Assembly (NCBI GenBank): GCA_963816145.1
Contig: CAWFJP010000018.1
Location: forward strand, 96,001-160,000
DNA: 64,000 bases
Direction: 5' to 3'
From: an uncultured delta proteobacterium
GTDB lineage: Bacteria > Desulfobacterota > Binatia > UBA9968
Part shown: positions 33,667 to 42,212 of the stretch, one piece after another
Layout of the letters: the number at the start of each line of letters is the position of its first letter
Numbering within the stretch: the first letter of the stretch is position 1
Program-made: the position numbers and the translations under genes
Notes under the pieces: generated by a model
Seen by the model: the letters and a program-made list of their open reading frames with translations, nothing else
What the model was told of the DNA's origin: nothing
The model's database searches: none

Positions 33667-33745
33667 AAACGCGGCGCCCCCATGTGATACAGCAGTGTAC
33701 TACAAACCAGCTCAAGACCTCAATACAGCATTCTATGAATAGAAG

Positions 33746-33990
33746 CCGTTCCAAGTGTTCGAGACCTTCGATACGGTCTTTGCGACCTACTCAGGGCGAA
33801 CGGAATTTTTTAATTGGGGTCCGTTCAAGTCCTTACTCGATCAAGGTCGTCGGGGCCGTTCCAATGGTTCCAGCCGTTTCAATAGTTCCAATCGTTTCAG
33901 AGGTTCCAGCGGTTATCGATCAAGAAGCGCTCAAGAACAGATTCGGGAGGGTTTACCGATCGGGGTCTGTTCAAGGGTTCAAAACGGTAG
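33746..33990 (+). repeat. GTTCCA tract
   Basis: First 148 bp identical by eye to 30362-30509. Confidence 0.9.
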
Positions 33991-34226
33991 AAACTACGGC
34001 CTGACAATACGGCAATCGGTCATGACGTGAAGCCGATCAGTCGAGCGACTGGTCGATTCCCTGCTTTTCGTAATGCAATTCGTGCATCAGTCTGCTGACG
34101 TTACCTAATTCACTACCCAATGAACTAGGTACTACCTATTTCCATTTAGCGGTTCGCTGCCACTCCGCGCTTTGACCGCGGCGTAGGAATCTAACGCCTA
34201 GACGCAGGTCCGGAACCAGCACCGCT

Positions 34227-34634
34227 CTATGGTTTTTCCGTTAAAGTCTTGACGAGCGATCGAATCTCGCGAAGAAACTCCTCGCAATCTTCAAGTTGCT
34301 GGCGCACGTATGGCTCATCGAATTTTACGAATTCGATGTAGTCGCCTTCTTGCCGGTCCCGAAACAGACGGTTGTACAGATCGCCATGTTTTCGAGCGAG
34401 TCTGCCGGTTTTGATGAGGTGTTGGTTAAAACTGGCACGCACACCGCTGTGCTTCCGGAATCGACGCCCGTCCTCCAAAAGCAAAGCGCTCACCGCGTAG
34501 AAAGCAGCATAATATGCGCGGTTGATCGCGAAAGAGAAAGATTTCGCGGCAAGGTCTCTATGGGCGGCTTCCAAGCTTTCAACGGCTTTGTCCCACCAGT
34601 AGCGAATCGCTTCTGCTTTGGCGTCATTTTTCAG
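34227..34634 (-). CDS. HEPN domain protein (start uncertain)
   Basis: AINRAYYAAFYAVSALL..KHSGV..F..RQEGDY. Confidence 0.88.
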   Translation of the reverse strand: MKNDAKAEAIRYWWDKAVESLEAAHRDLAAKSFSFAINRAYYAAFYAVSALLLEDGRRFRKHSGVRASFNQHLIKTGRLARKHGDLYNRLFRDRQEGDYIEFVKFDEPYVRQQLEDCEEFLREIRSLVKTLTEKP

Positions 34635-34975
34635 AGCGAAACGCCCTCTTCTTCGATGATCTTGTGAATCGGCAGGGCGGAGGGAATGCCGTGATCCCAT
34701 GTGTCGCGGTCAACGATCAACTCGCTGAGGTTCGTTCCATGGGCAAGATTCAGATCAAGGATCATGCTCGAAATCCGATCGCGATTCCGATGACTGGCCG
34801 GCTCAGCCAGGACGATTAACAGATCCTCGTCCGATCCCTCGCTCGCCGCTCCTCGAACGATCGAACCGAAGAGCAAGATACGATCGATATTGAATTCTTT
34901 GGTGAGCCGCTCTTGGGCTGCACGAAGTGCGTCACTGACATTCTGCGGAAGCTTAAGATCGTCGAGCCTTTTCAC
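34631..34975 (-). CDS. MNT nucleotidyltransferase domain protein
   Basis: LLFGSIVRG...SDEDLLIV. Confidence 0.85.
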   Translation of the reverse strand: MKRLDDLKLPQNVSDALRAAQERLTKEFNIDRILLFGSIVRGAASEGSDEDLLIVLAEPASHRNRDRISSMILDLNLAHGTNLSELIVDRDTWDHGIPSALPIHKIIEEEGVSL

Positions 34976-35046
34976 AGATCACCCCCGGTAGAAGGCCATC
35001 ATACGCTTATTTCTACCCTCAATTAACGGTACTACGCTTTCTCCCC

Positions 35047-35235
35047 TTATATTGCCAGGCGGAGGGATGGGCTTTTCTTCGTCGACGGCCCGCGCATCTT
35101 CTTCAATTCCTGAATCGGGTCGCCATCTCGCTTCTTCCACCGGCCGCGCGCCCTCGCCCAGATCGTCAACCGCTCTTTGCCTTTGATGATTGGCGAGATG
35201 CACGAATGTGACAGAGGTTGAGCGCGTTTTGCCAT
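35047..35235 (-). CDS. Small orphan antitoxin-like protein
   Basis: WARARGRWKKRDGDPIQELKKMR resembles antitoxin C-termini; TATATT 8 nt upstream of ATG. Confidence 0.35.
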   Translation of the reverse strand: MAKRAQPLSHSCISPIIKGKERLTIWARARGRWKKRDGDPIQELKKMRGPSTKKSPSLRLAI

Positions 35236-35324
35236 GCTGAAATAATATATCAGGCGCATTGGGGTGAAAAGAGCCGACGCCGCCCGGCAAGCTCGAGAGT
35301 GGGGACTGTTCCGTCATGCCTTAT

Positions 35325-35680
35325 ACTTCCAATCGTTCCACTGCTTGCAGCGGTTAGATGTTGCTGAATCGTCCAAAGGTTCAAGGTCAAATCCGGACGG
35401 TTAGCGTTCCAACGGTTCCAGTCGTTCCATGGGTTCCAGCGGTTAGCCTTCATAAGGTCGTTCAAGGGTTCAAAAAATCTAAAGATCGGCCCGTTCAAAT
35501 CGTTATCGGATCAGGTCGTCGGGGCCGTTCCAATCGTTCCAGCCGTTTCAAAAGTTCCAATCGTTTCGATTAGGAGGGATACCGTTCCAATAGTTCCAAT
35601 GGTTCCATCGGTTCCAGTAGCTGGTTCGGATCGTTCAAAGGTTCAAAGTTCAAGAGTTCACGGACGGATTCGGACGGAAA
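35325..35680 (+). repeat. GTTCCA/GTTCAA tract (several modules)
   Basis: e.g. cgttccaat-agttccaat-ggttccatc-ggttccagt at 35583. Confidence 0.9.
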
Positions 35681-35724
35681 CTGCCACGTTGGCGCAATTT
35701 CGAATACGCGGAGACGAACGCCGG

Positions 35725-35882
35725 CTAGCGATTGCCGTAGCGCGCGGCGCGCTCTTCGACCAAAAAGCCGATCTTGCGCTTCTTGGGCTCCGGCGGGGTC
35801 ATCAATTGGCGGATGGCATCGAAGACTACCTTGAATTGCGCGTCGTATTTCTTCTCCAATGCTTCCAACTTGCGGGCAAGTC
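35725..35882 (-). pseudogene. ORF6N-domain protein C-terminal fragment (second)
   Basis: [50 protein letters not shown]. Confidence 0.8.
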
Positions 35883-35889
35883 GATCGTT

Positions 35890-36062
35890 GGAAGTTCAAA
35901 AGTTCAACGACAGATTCGGAAGGATACCGTTCCAATAGTTCCAGTCGTTCCACAGGTTCCAGCGGTTGGGCTTCCTAGGATGGTTCGAAGGCTCAACGAC
36001 GATTCCGCAAGGCCACCGTTCCGATGGTTGCTGTCGTTCCAGTGGTTCCAATCATTCCAGCA
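35890..36062 (+). repeat. GTTCAA/GTTCCA tract
   Basis: Similar to 30272-30368. Confidence 0.88.
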
Positions 36063-36126
36063 GCTGCTGCACAAGGGTTTATTGACTCAATCGCCTGTGT
36101 TGTCGAGGAGATTTGAGAATCGCCGG

Positions 36127-37491
36127 TTAGTTTTTCGCAGCGGGCGTCGCGCGCGTGGTTGTAGCGTTGACCTGCTCCGCAAACAACGGGCAATCGCGCG
36201 CGAGTTTGGTCAACTGACGCGATGCCACCACCCGATGTTCCCTGACGTAGGACTCGTGGTTGGCGTCGACATCACCGAGCCGATAGAGGTAATTGACCAT
36301 GATTCCGGCACAGCGCTTCAAGCCCTGCTGTGAAATATCCGCGAGCCAATTGATCCGTTCGAGCTGCGCGCCGTTGCCAAGGTGGAATCGTGCCACAGAG
36401 TCAGCCGGCTCCGCTTCTTGTTTTACGAAAAGTAGGTAATAGGCGCACAACGACATCAGATCGGGCTCAAGGCGAGCGCTATACTTGCGTTTGAACCATT
36501 CGTCGTCCTCCAGCCACTTGAGCGCTTCGCTCACGGCCCTTCCGGCGGCAGTCGATGCGAGCAAGTCTTTGACGGAGGCGAGCCAGGCGCCGAAGCCGGG
36601 AACCGGCGACAAGGTGGCAAACTGCCTGATGCGCGGAAACTCCTGGCCGAGCTCTCGGGCCACCTGTTTGATCAGCAAATTGCCGAACGGTATGCCGCGC
36701 AGGCCTTCTTGACAGCTGGTGATTGAATAAAACATCGCCGTGTCCGCGGCTTCCGGATCCGCTACCGGGGAATCCAGATCGAGCAGTGGTTGCACTGCCG
36801 TGCTGATACCCTTGGTGAGCGCCACCTCGATGAAAATGATCGGCTGTCCCGGCAGCGCGGGATGAAAGAAAGCGAAACAACGGCGATCGGCTTCAAGGCG
36901 CCGGCGCAAATCCGTCCAGCTGGCGATTTCATGGACGGCTTCGTAGTGAATAAGCTGTTCAAGGATGATAGCCGGTGTATGCCAGTCGATCCGCTCAAGC
37001 TTGAGAAAGCCAGGATTGAACCAGGAGCGGAATAATTGGACAAGGTCGGCGTCGATAACCCGCCACTCTGGATGCGATTTGAGCCCTCTAAGCACGCCGC
37101 GCCGGATCGCCACCAAGGTGGTTGTGCCGCCGGGCGCGATGTTGAGGCGATGAAAAAGCTCCTGTCGCGGCGGCGCGACGACGCGCTGCAATTCAAGCAG
37201 GTTTTCTCGCGTCGGCTGATCGCGGTAACAATCCGCAACGCGCAAGACCTGCTGTGGATCGGGGGAGAATTCCGCTACCAGCAAGTCGAAGAAAAGCGCC
37301 ATCCCCGCTTCGGAAAGATCGTCACATGCGGCGAGCGCCGCGCGCGCGTGCACGGCGCCGGAAACCTCGCCGCGGTCCGACATGAGGGCTTGGCAGAGTA
37401 CAATAGCTTTCCTTGCCTGGCGACTCAGACGCGCCCGTCCACTCGGATTGGCGGATACGATCAAACGTTTTAGAAATGAAGTGGCGTCCAT
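36127..37491 (-). CDS. Malonyl-CoA decarboxylase
   Basis: YEAVHEI.SW.DLRRRL..DRRCFAFFHP, FGNLLIKQV, DSVARFHLGNGA. Confidence 0.92.
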   Translation of the reverse strand: MDATSFLKRLIVSANPSGRARLSRQARKAIVLCQALMSDRGEVSGAVHARAALAACDDLSEAGMALFFDLLVAEFSPDPQQVLRVADCYRDQPTRENLLELQRVVAPPRQELFHRLNIAPGGTTTLVAIRRGVLRGLKSHPEWRVIDADLVQLFRSWFNPGFLKLERIDWHTPAIILEQLIHYEAVHEIASWTDLRRRLEADRRCFAFFHPALPGQPIIFIEVALTKGISTAVQPLLDLDSPVADPEAADTAMFYSITSCQEGLRGIPFGNLLIKQVARELGQEFPRIRQFATLSPVPGFGAWLASVKDLLASTAAGRAVSEALKWLEDDEWFKRKYSARLEPDLMSLCAYYLLFVKQEAEPADSVARFHLGNGAQLERINWLADISQQGLKRCAGIMVNYLYRLGDVDANHESYVREHRVVASRQLTKLARDCPLFAEQVNATTTRATPAAKN

Positions 37492-37864
37492 GCGGTGTCT
37501 CCTGGTCCAAGCTCTGTCTGGGATGGCGATTGGAATCGACCGGCTGTCGGGTTCATCGCGCCTGTCGCAAAAACGTCGGTCAAATTGCCGTCAAATGTGA
37601 GCCCCTGCGTCACCTTTATCGGCGGCCTCTGGCCGCTAGCGCCTTTCGGACAGGGTCGTCGCTCACCCAATGAAAGCAAAAGTCGACGATCGACCCGCCA
37701 TCAGGGAGTGTTCCAGCCGCCAACTAAAGTTTGCAAAAAAGCGCGCTCTCATTCAAACACCTGCGTAAAATATTTACCGCGGTGGGTTGATTGCTCAGCG
37801 CGACCGCCCGCGCGACAATCACGTTCAAACAGCTCGACTTTCTTCAGCCAGGTTTCGCCTTCAT

Positions 37865-38040
37865 CCGGGTCGGACCCGGCTTACTGCGAGGAATCGCAGC
37901 CTTGTCGTCTTATAAGACTGTGTTATCGGATCTTATAGCGTCATTCTCACCGGCAAAATAGCCATCAACTATCGAGATCGGAACCGATTCAGAAGAAGAC
38001 CGTTCCAATAGTTCCAGGGGTTCCATCGGTTCCAGTAGTT
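37865..38040. repeat. RAYT 3'-end remnant plus GTTCCA tract
   Basis: CCGGGTC-G-GACCCGG; minus strand FAGENDAIRSDNTV; tract 38001-38036. Confidence 0.75.
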
Positions 38041-38088
38041 TGATAGTCGACGGCAGCACTGAGTCGCGGCGCGAGCTCTAACGAGACT

Positions 38089-38310
38089 CTAGGACCCAAA
38101 AGAAACGCGCCGAACAGATTTGGGCAGTGTATTTTCGCTGAATCGCCATGCTGCGGCGCCGCGGCACCACGCATGGTGATGCCCACCGCTGTTATCGCCG
38201 TGCTCATGCCCCGCTGCGGCCGCGATGAGATTCTCGCAGCCGGCAAACGCCCAGGCAGCTCCAGCGTAGAGAATCGAAAAGCAAATAGCGATGACAAGTG
38301 CGCGTTTCAT
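38089..38310 (-). CDS. Small exported His-rich protein, probably frameshifted or truncated
   Basis: Signal peptide; HEHG..HHH; IHCPN in the alternate frame. Confidence 0.45.
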   Translation of the reverse strand: MKRALVIAICFSILYAGAAWAFAGCENLIAAAAGHEHGDNSGGHHHAWCRGAAAWRFSENTLPKSVRRVSFGS

Positions 38311-38350
38311 GTATAACCGAAATCGAAGCTAGCGCGCAGCGCCGCCCGTT

Positions 38351-39133
38351 TCAAGCCGCCGGCCGCGCCGGGCGCAGGCACAACATCAAAACCCCAAACC
38401 CAACCAGCAACATGCTGAACCACTGCGCCTCGGAAAAGCCGAAACCAAGCGATGGATTGATGCGCCAGAACTCGACGATGAAACGCATCAGCCCGGCGAG
38501 AATCAAATAGAGCCATGTGATAGTGCCCACCGCCAAGCCCTTCTTGCGCAGTGACCAGAGAATCGCAAAGACGAACAGACCCTGGAGAAACTCATAGATC
38601 GGCGTCGGATGGACGACTACACCCGAAGCGTAGGGAATTCCGGTGGTCGGATCGGCCCAGCCGACAATCGCCTTGGTGTAAGCCACGCCCCAGGGAACCG
38701 TCGTCACCGCGCCCCAGTCGCCGTCGCCGGCGAAGTGACAACCGAGGCGACCGATGCCGTAAGCCAAAGCCAGCGCCGGAAAAGTCATGTCGGCGCCGAC
38801 CAGCCAGGGAATTTTGTTTTTCCGCAGGACCCAACTCACCGCCGCAACGCCGCCAAAAAGACCGCCATACCAGGTAAACCCAGCGCCGGTAAAAATGTAG
38901 TGCATCGGCGCGGCGAGAAAACCCTGCCACTCCTCGACGATGAACAGCAAACGCGCCCCGACGAGGCCACCGAAAGCAGCGGCGAAAACCAGGGTCGAGG
39001 CTAACTCAGAATCGTAGCGGTAACGCTTTAGCTCGCACTTGACCACCCAAGCCGCGGCCAACGCCGCCACTGCCATGAAGGCGCCAAAGCTGTAAAGGGT
39101 CAGCGGTCCTAGCTGGAAGAGAATCGGGTACAT
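38351..39133 (-). CDS. lgt: Prolipoprotein diacylglyceryl transferase
   Basis: MYPILF, GARL, GRLGC, HPTPIYE, RFIVEFWR. Confidence 0.92.
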   Translation of the reverse strand: MYPILFQLGPLTLYSFGAFMAVAALAAAWVVKCELKRYRYDSELASTLVFAAAFGGLVGARLLFIVEEWQGFLAAPMHYIFTGAGFTWYGGLFGGVAAVSWVLRKNKIPWLVGADMTFPALALAYGIGRLGCHFAGDGDWGAVTTVPWGVAYTKAIVGWADPTTGIPYASGVVVHPTPIYEFLQGLFVFAILWSLRKKGLAVGTITWLYLILAGLMRFIVEFWRINPSLGFGFSEAQWFSMLLVGFGVLMLCLRPARPAA

Positions 39134-39181
39134 GGATATGGCTGACTCAGAAACTAACAGATCGACGGAGCAAAAACAGCA

Positions 39182-39919
39182 CTAGCGGGTTTTTTCCAAG
39201 GCAAAAACGACATCGACATCGGTCGTGCCATGGTCGCGGACAGCGATCCGATGCGATTGCCGGCCGAGCCGCTCGTGCCAGATCTCGATTTCATAAACAC
39301 CGGCCGGTACGCGGTCAAAAAAGAACTCGCCCCGATCATTGCTAACAAAATAATACGGACTGTCAGTAACGATAATCGCCGCGCTCATCCAGGTATGCAG
39401 CACGTCGCAATCGATCCTGATGACACCGCCGCGGTCGAGCCGTTTGGTCACCTGACGCCAGTTCGGCAGTCCGATATTGAACAGCGTCTCCTGGCCCAAG
39501 CGCGCGTGCACCGTGTGCAGGATCGGATCGCTATTCTTGAGCAGCAGCTCGCTGCCCAACGGCGCGACCTGAACATGGGGTGTAAAGGCGCAGCGTTGGT
39601 TGTCGAGGACGATTTTGATCGGTTGCGCCGGAACTACGGTAACGTTCAGCGGCCGCAGGATCACCGCCGCGTTGCGCAATCGCCTGTCGGCGCTGACCAA
39701 CAGGGTCTCATTGGGCACATTGGCGCCGCAGAAAGAGCGGCTCTTAAATACTGGCAAGGGCTTGGGCTTTTCCAGCGCACCTACCACACTGACAACGCCG
39801 ACGACTTTGCCCCCGGCGAGCGGCAGGACCGATACGAAATCCGCTGCCTGAGCGAGTGCCGCGCCTGCCCACAGCAAGCAAACCAATAGATAAGGCGTGC
39901 AAAATCGAGTGGCGATCAT
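39182..39919 (-). CDS. Exported cupredoxin-like/carboxypeptidase-regulatory domain protein
   Basis: LDNQRCAFTPHV, NSDPILHTVH, CDVLHTWMSA, WHERLG. Confidence 0.75.
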   Translation of the reverse strand: MIATRFCTPYLLVCLLWAGAALAQAADFVSVLPLAGGKVVGVVSVVGALEKPKPLPVFKSRSFCGANVPNETLLVSADRRLRNAAVILRPLNVTVVPAQPIKIVLDNQRCAFTPHVQVAPLGSELLLKNSDPILHTVHARLGQETLFNIGLPNWRQVTKRLDRGGVIRIDCDVLHTWMSAAIIVTDSPYYFVSNDRGEFFFDRVPAGVYEIEIWHERLGRQSHRIAVRDHGTTDVDVVFALEKTR

Positions 39920-39993
39920 TGCCCATCGTTGAGACCGACAAACTTCTCTGGTAACAATTTACAGTCTACGTTAATACTCGATCCAAATCACCA

Positions 39994-40431
39994 GTGCGCC
40001 TAGTCATTCAAAGAGTCAGCGAGGCCAGTGTCACGGTGGACGGCCAAATCATCGGCCGCATCGGTCCAGGCCTATGTATACTTGTCGGCGTCGGCAACGA
40101 CGATAATCCAACCAAGGTCGCCGCTCTCGCCGACAAGGTGAAGAAGCTGCGCATTTTCCAAGATGAGTTGGGCAAAATGAATCTCTCGGTGGCGGATATC
40201 GGCGGTGCGATCCTGTTGGTCTCGCAGTTTACGTTGTATGCCGACTGTCGCAAGGGCAATCGGCCCTCGTTCACCGATGCCGCGCCGCCCGCTATGGCCG
40301 AGGATCTCTACGAGGTATTCGCCCAACAATTACGCACCGCTGGTTTAAGCATCGCCACCGGCCAGTTTCAAGCCCATATGCAAGTGGCGCTGGTCAACGA
40401 TGGACCGGTGACCGTGGTTCTCGAAAACTAA
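39994..40431 (+). CDS. dtd: D-aminoacyl-tRNA deacylase
   Basis: VIQRV, SQFTL, NDGPVT. Confidence 0.95.
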   Translation: MRLVIQRVSEASVTVDGQIIGRIGPGLCILVGVGNDDNPTKVAALADKVKKLRIFQDELGKMNLSVADIGGAILLVSQFTLYADCRKGNRPSFTDAAPPAMAEDLYEVFAQQLRTAGLSIATGQFQAHMQVALVNDGPVTVVLEN

Positions 40432-40433
40432 CC

Positions 40434-40886
40434 ATGCATGTCGTCCTCTACGAACCGGAGATTCCGCCCAACACCGGCAGTGTCGCGCGATTATGTGCCG
40501 CGACGTTGACGCCACTGCATTTGATCGAACCGCTGGGTTTTAAGATCGACGATAAACATCTCAAGCGCGCCGGTCTCGACTATTGGCCGTTCGTCGATCT
40601 CCACCTGCATAAGAACTGGCAACGGTTTCTTGCCGAAGTCAAACCGTCAAGACTGCTTTATTTCACCAAGAAAGCCGAACAATCGTACACATCTGTACGC
40701 TATACGGACGGCGACTTTCTCGTCTTCGGCCCGGAGACCCGAGGCTTGCCAGAGGAAATGTGGCAGGAGCTGGCGGCGTGCGCGTTGCGTATCCCCATGA
40801 GCGGCACAGGCGTGCGCAGTTTGAACTTATCCAACGCGGTTTCGATCGTCCTTTATGAAGGGTTGCGACAGCTGGGAAAGGTGTAA
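40434..40886 (+). CDS. trmL: tRNA (cytidine/uridine34-2'-O)-methyltransferase
   Basis: PEIPPNTG, RAGLDYW, FGPETRGL, RSLNLSN. Confidence 0.95.
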   Translation: MHVVLYEPEIPPNTGSVARLCAATLTPLHLIEPLGFKIDDKHLKRAGLDYWPFVDLHLHKNWQRFLAEVKPSRLLYFTKKAEQSYTSVRYTDGDFLVFGPETRGLPEEMWQELAACALRIPMSGTGVRSLNLSNAVSIVLYEGLRQLGKV

Positions 40887-40970
40887 TTATCATAAGGCCC
40901 TTGACCATATACAACTTTGTGTTAATTATCGGCAGCAAATCTTTCGAAATTAGGATGGGGGGTTGCATAT

Positions 40971-42212
40971 ATGAGGATCGGGGCCGCACGTATCCGCCCG
41001 CGCATGCTTGGTTACACTCTCGCGTTTATTTTCATCGCCTCGGCAAGTTTGATCACCCAGGGCCTGGCGGCTGACTCAACCAGCACGCCATCCAAGGAAT
41101 CATTCAATTTGATTCTCCCGTTCAAGGATCTCACCGTCGGCCAGGGCCAAGAGGCGACGATGGACGCCGAAGTGGTGAACCGAACCAAAGATCCAGTGGA
41201 AATCAGTTTGCAAATCGAAGGCGTTCCCGCCGGCTGGGATGTCAACTTCAATTCCCGCTATCCGAGCTTCCCGATCCGTTCCGTGATGGTTCAAGGCGGC
41301 GATCAAACCACCAACAAGTCGACCACTCTAGAATTTAAAGCCAAAGTTCCCGAGAACACCCGGCCGGGAAACTATCCTGTGAAGGTCACCGCCAAGGATC
41401 TCAAAGGAACGACCCAGTACGTCGAAACCATTACTTATCGCGTGACCTCGAAGAAAGTCGAGACCGGCGGCCTCAAGCTCACCAGCCAGTATCCGGTCTT
41501 GAGCACCGGCTCGGGTCAAACGTTAAAATTCACGGTCGATCTCAAAAACGAAACCAACAAACCGTTGACCACTTCGCTGGCCGCAAAAGCCCCGCCAGGT
41601 TGGAACCTGCGTTTCAAACCGCAGTTCGGCGATCAACAGATCTCGTCGATCCAGCTAAAAGAAAACGGCTCGGAGACTCTCAGTGTCGAGATCGACACGC
41701 CGGCGAAGGAGGATGCCAAAGAGCAGCCGATTACGGTGACCGCCCGTTCCGGCGCCTATGAAGCTTCGGCAACGATTAAAGTCAGCCTCAAGGGCACCCA
41801 AGATCTCAAGATGGGCTCACTCGGTGGCACCCTCAATACTTCGGTTACTGCCGGTAAGAAATCGCCGGTGGATTTTGTCGTCGGTAATGCCGGCACGGCA
41901 CCGATCCGCAACTTAAGCTTCGTCACCAAGAAGCCCAGCGACAAGTGGACCGTCGAGTTCAAGCCCGATAAGATCGCCGCCATCGAGCCCGGCCAAGTTC
42001 AAGAAATAAAAATGGAAGTGCTCGCGCCGGACCGGACCATCGCCGGCGACTATCTGCTGACACTCACCGCCAATTCGCCGGAGGTCACCAAATCAGTTGA
42101 ATTCCGCGTTACCGTTTCGACGCCGACCATCTGGGGCTGGGTTGGCTTTGGTATCGTCGGCTTAGTCGTGCTAGGCCTAGCCATCGTATTCTTCCGTCTA
42201 GGTCGTAGATGA
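40971..42212 (+). CDS. Membrane-anchored Ig-like (NEW3/NPCBM-associated) ABC accessory protein
   Basis: Signal peptide, repeated P.GW beta domains, C-terminal TM + FFRLGRR. Confidence 0.75.
   Translation: MRIGAARIRPRMLGYTLAFIFIASASLITQGLAADSTSTPSKESFNLILPFKDLTVGQGQEATMDAEVVNRTKDPVEISLQIEGVPAGWDVNFNSRYPSFPIRSVMVQGGDQTTNKSTTLEFKAKVPENTRPGNYPVKVTAKDLKGTTQYVETITYRVTSKKVETGGLKLTSQYPVLSTGSGQTLKFTVDLKNETNKPLTTSLAAKAPPGWNLRFKPQFGDQQISSIQLKENGSETLSVEIDTPAKEDAKEQPITVTARSGAYEASATIKVSLKGTQDLKMGSLGGTLNTSVTAGKKSPVDFVVGNAGTAPIRNLSFVTKKPSDKWTVEFKPDKIAAIEPGQVQEIKMEVLAPDRTIAGDYLLTLTANSPEVTKSVEFRVTVSTPTIWGWVGFGIVGLVVLGLAIVFFRLGRR

Noticed and set aside
24878-36062. CRISPR array (GTTCCAAT/GTTTCAAT resembles CRISPR repeat ends)
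   Set aside because: No constant 25-40-bp repeat with unique equal-length spacers; period is 8-9 bp; no cas genes
24916-36333. Repeat-peptide ORFs (VPIVPAVP, WNDWNHWN, LELLE)
   Set aside because: By-products of the 9-bp period; frames break at the 8-bp units; no RBS or consistent start
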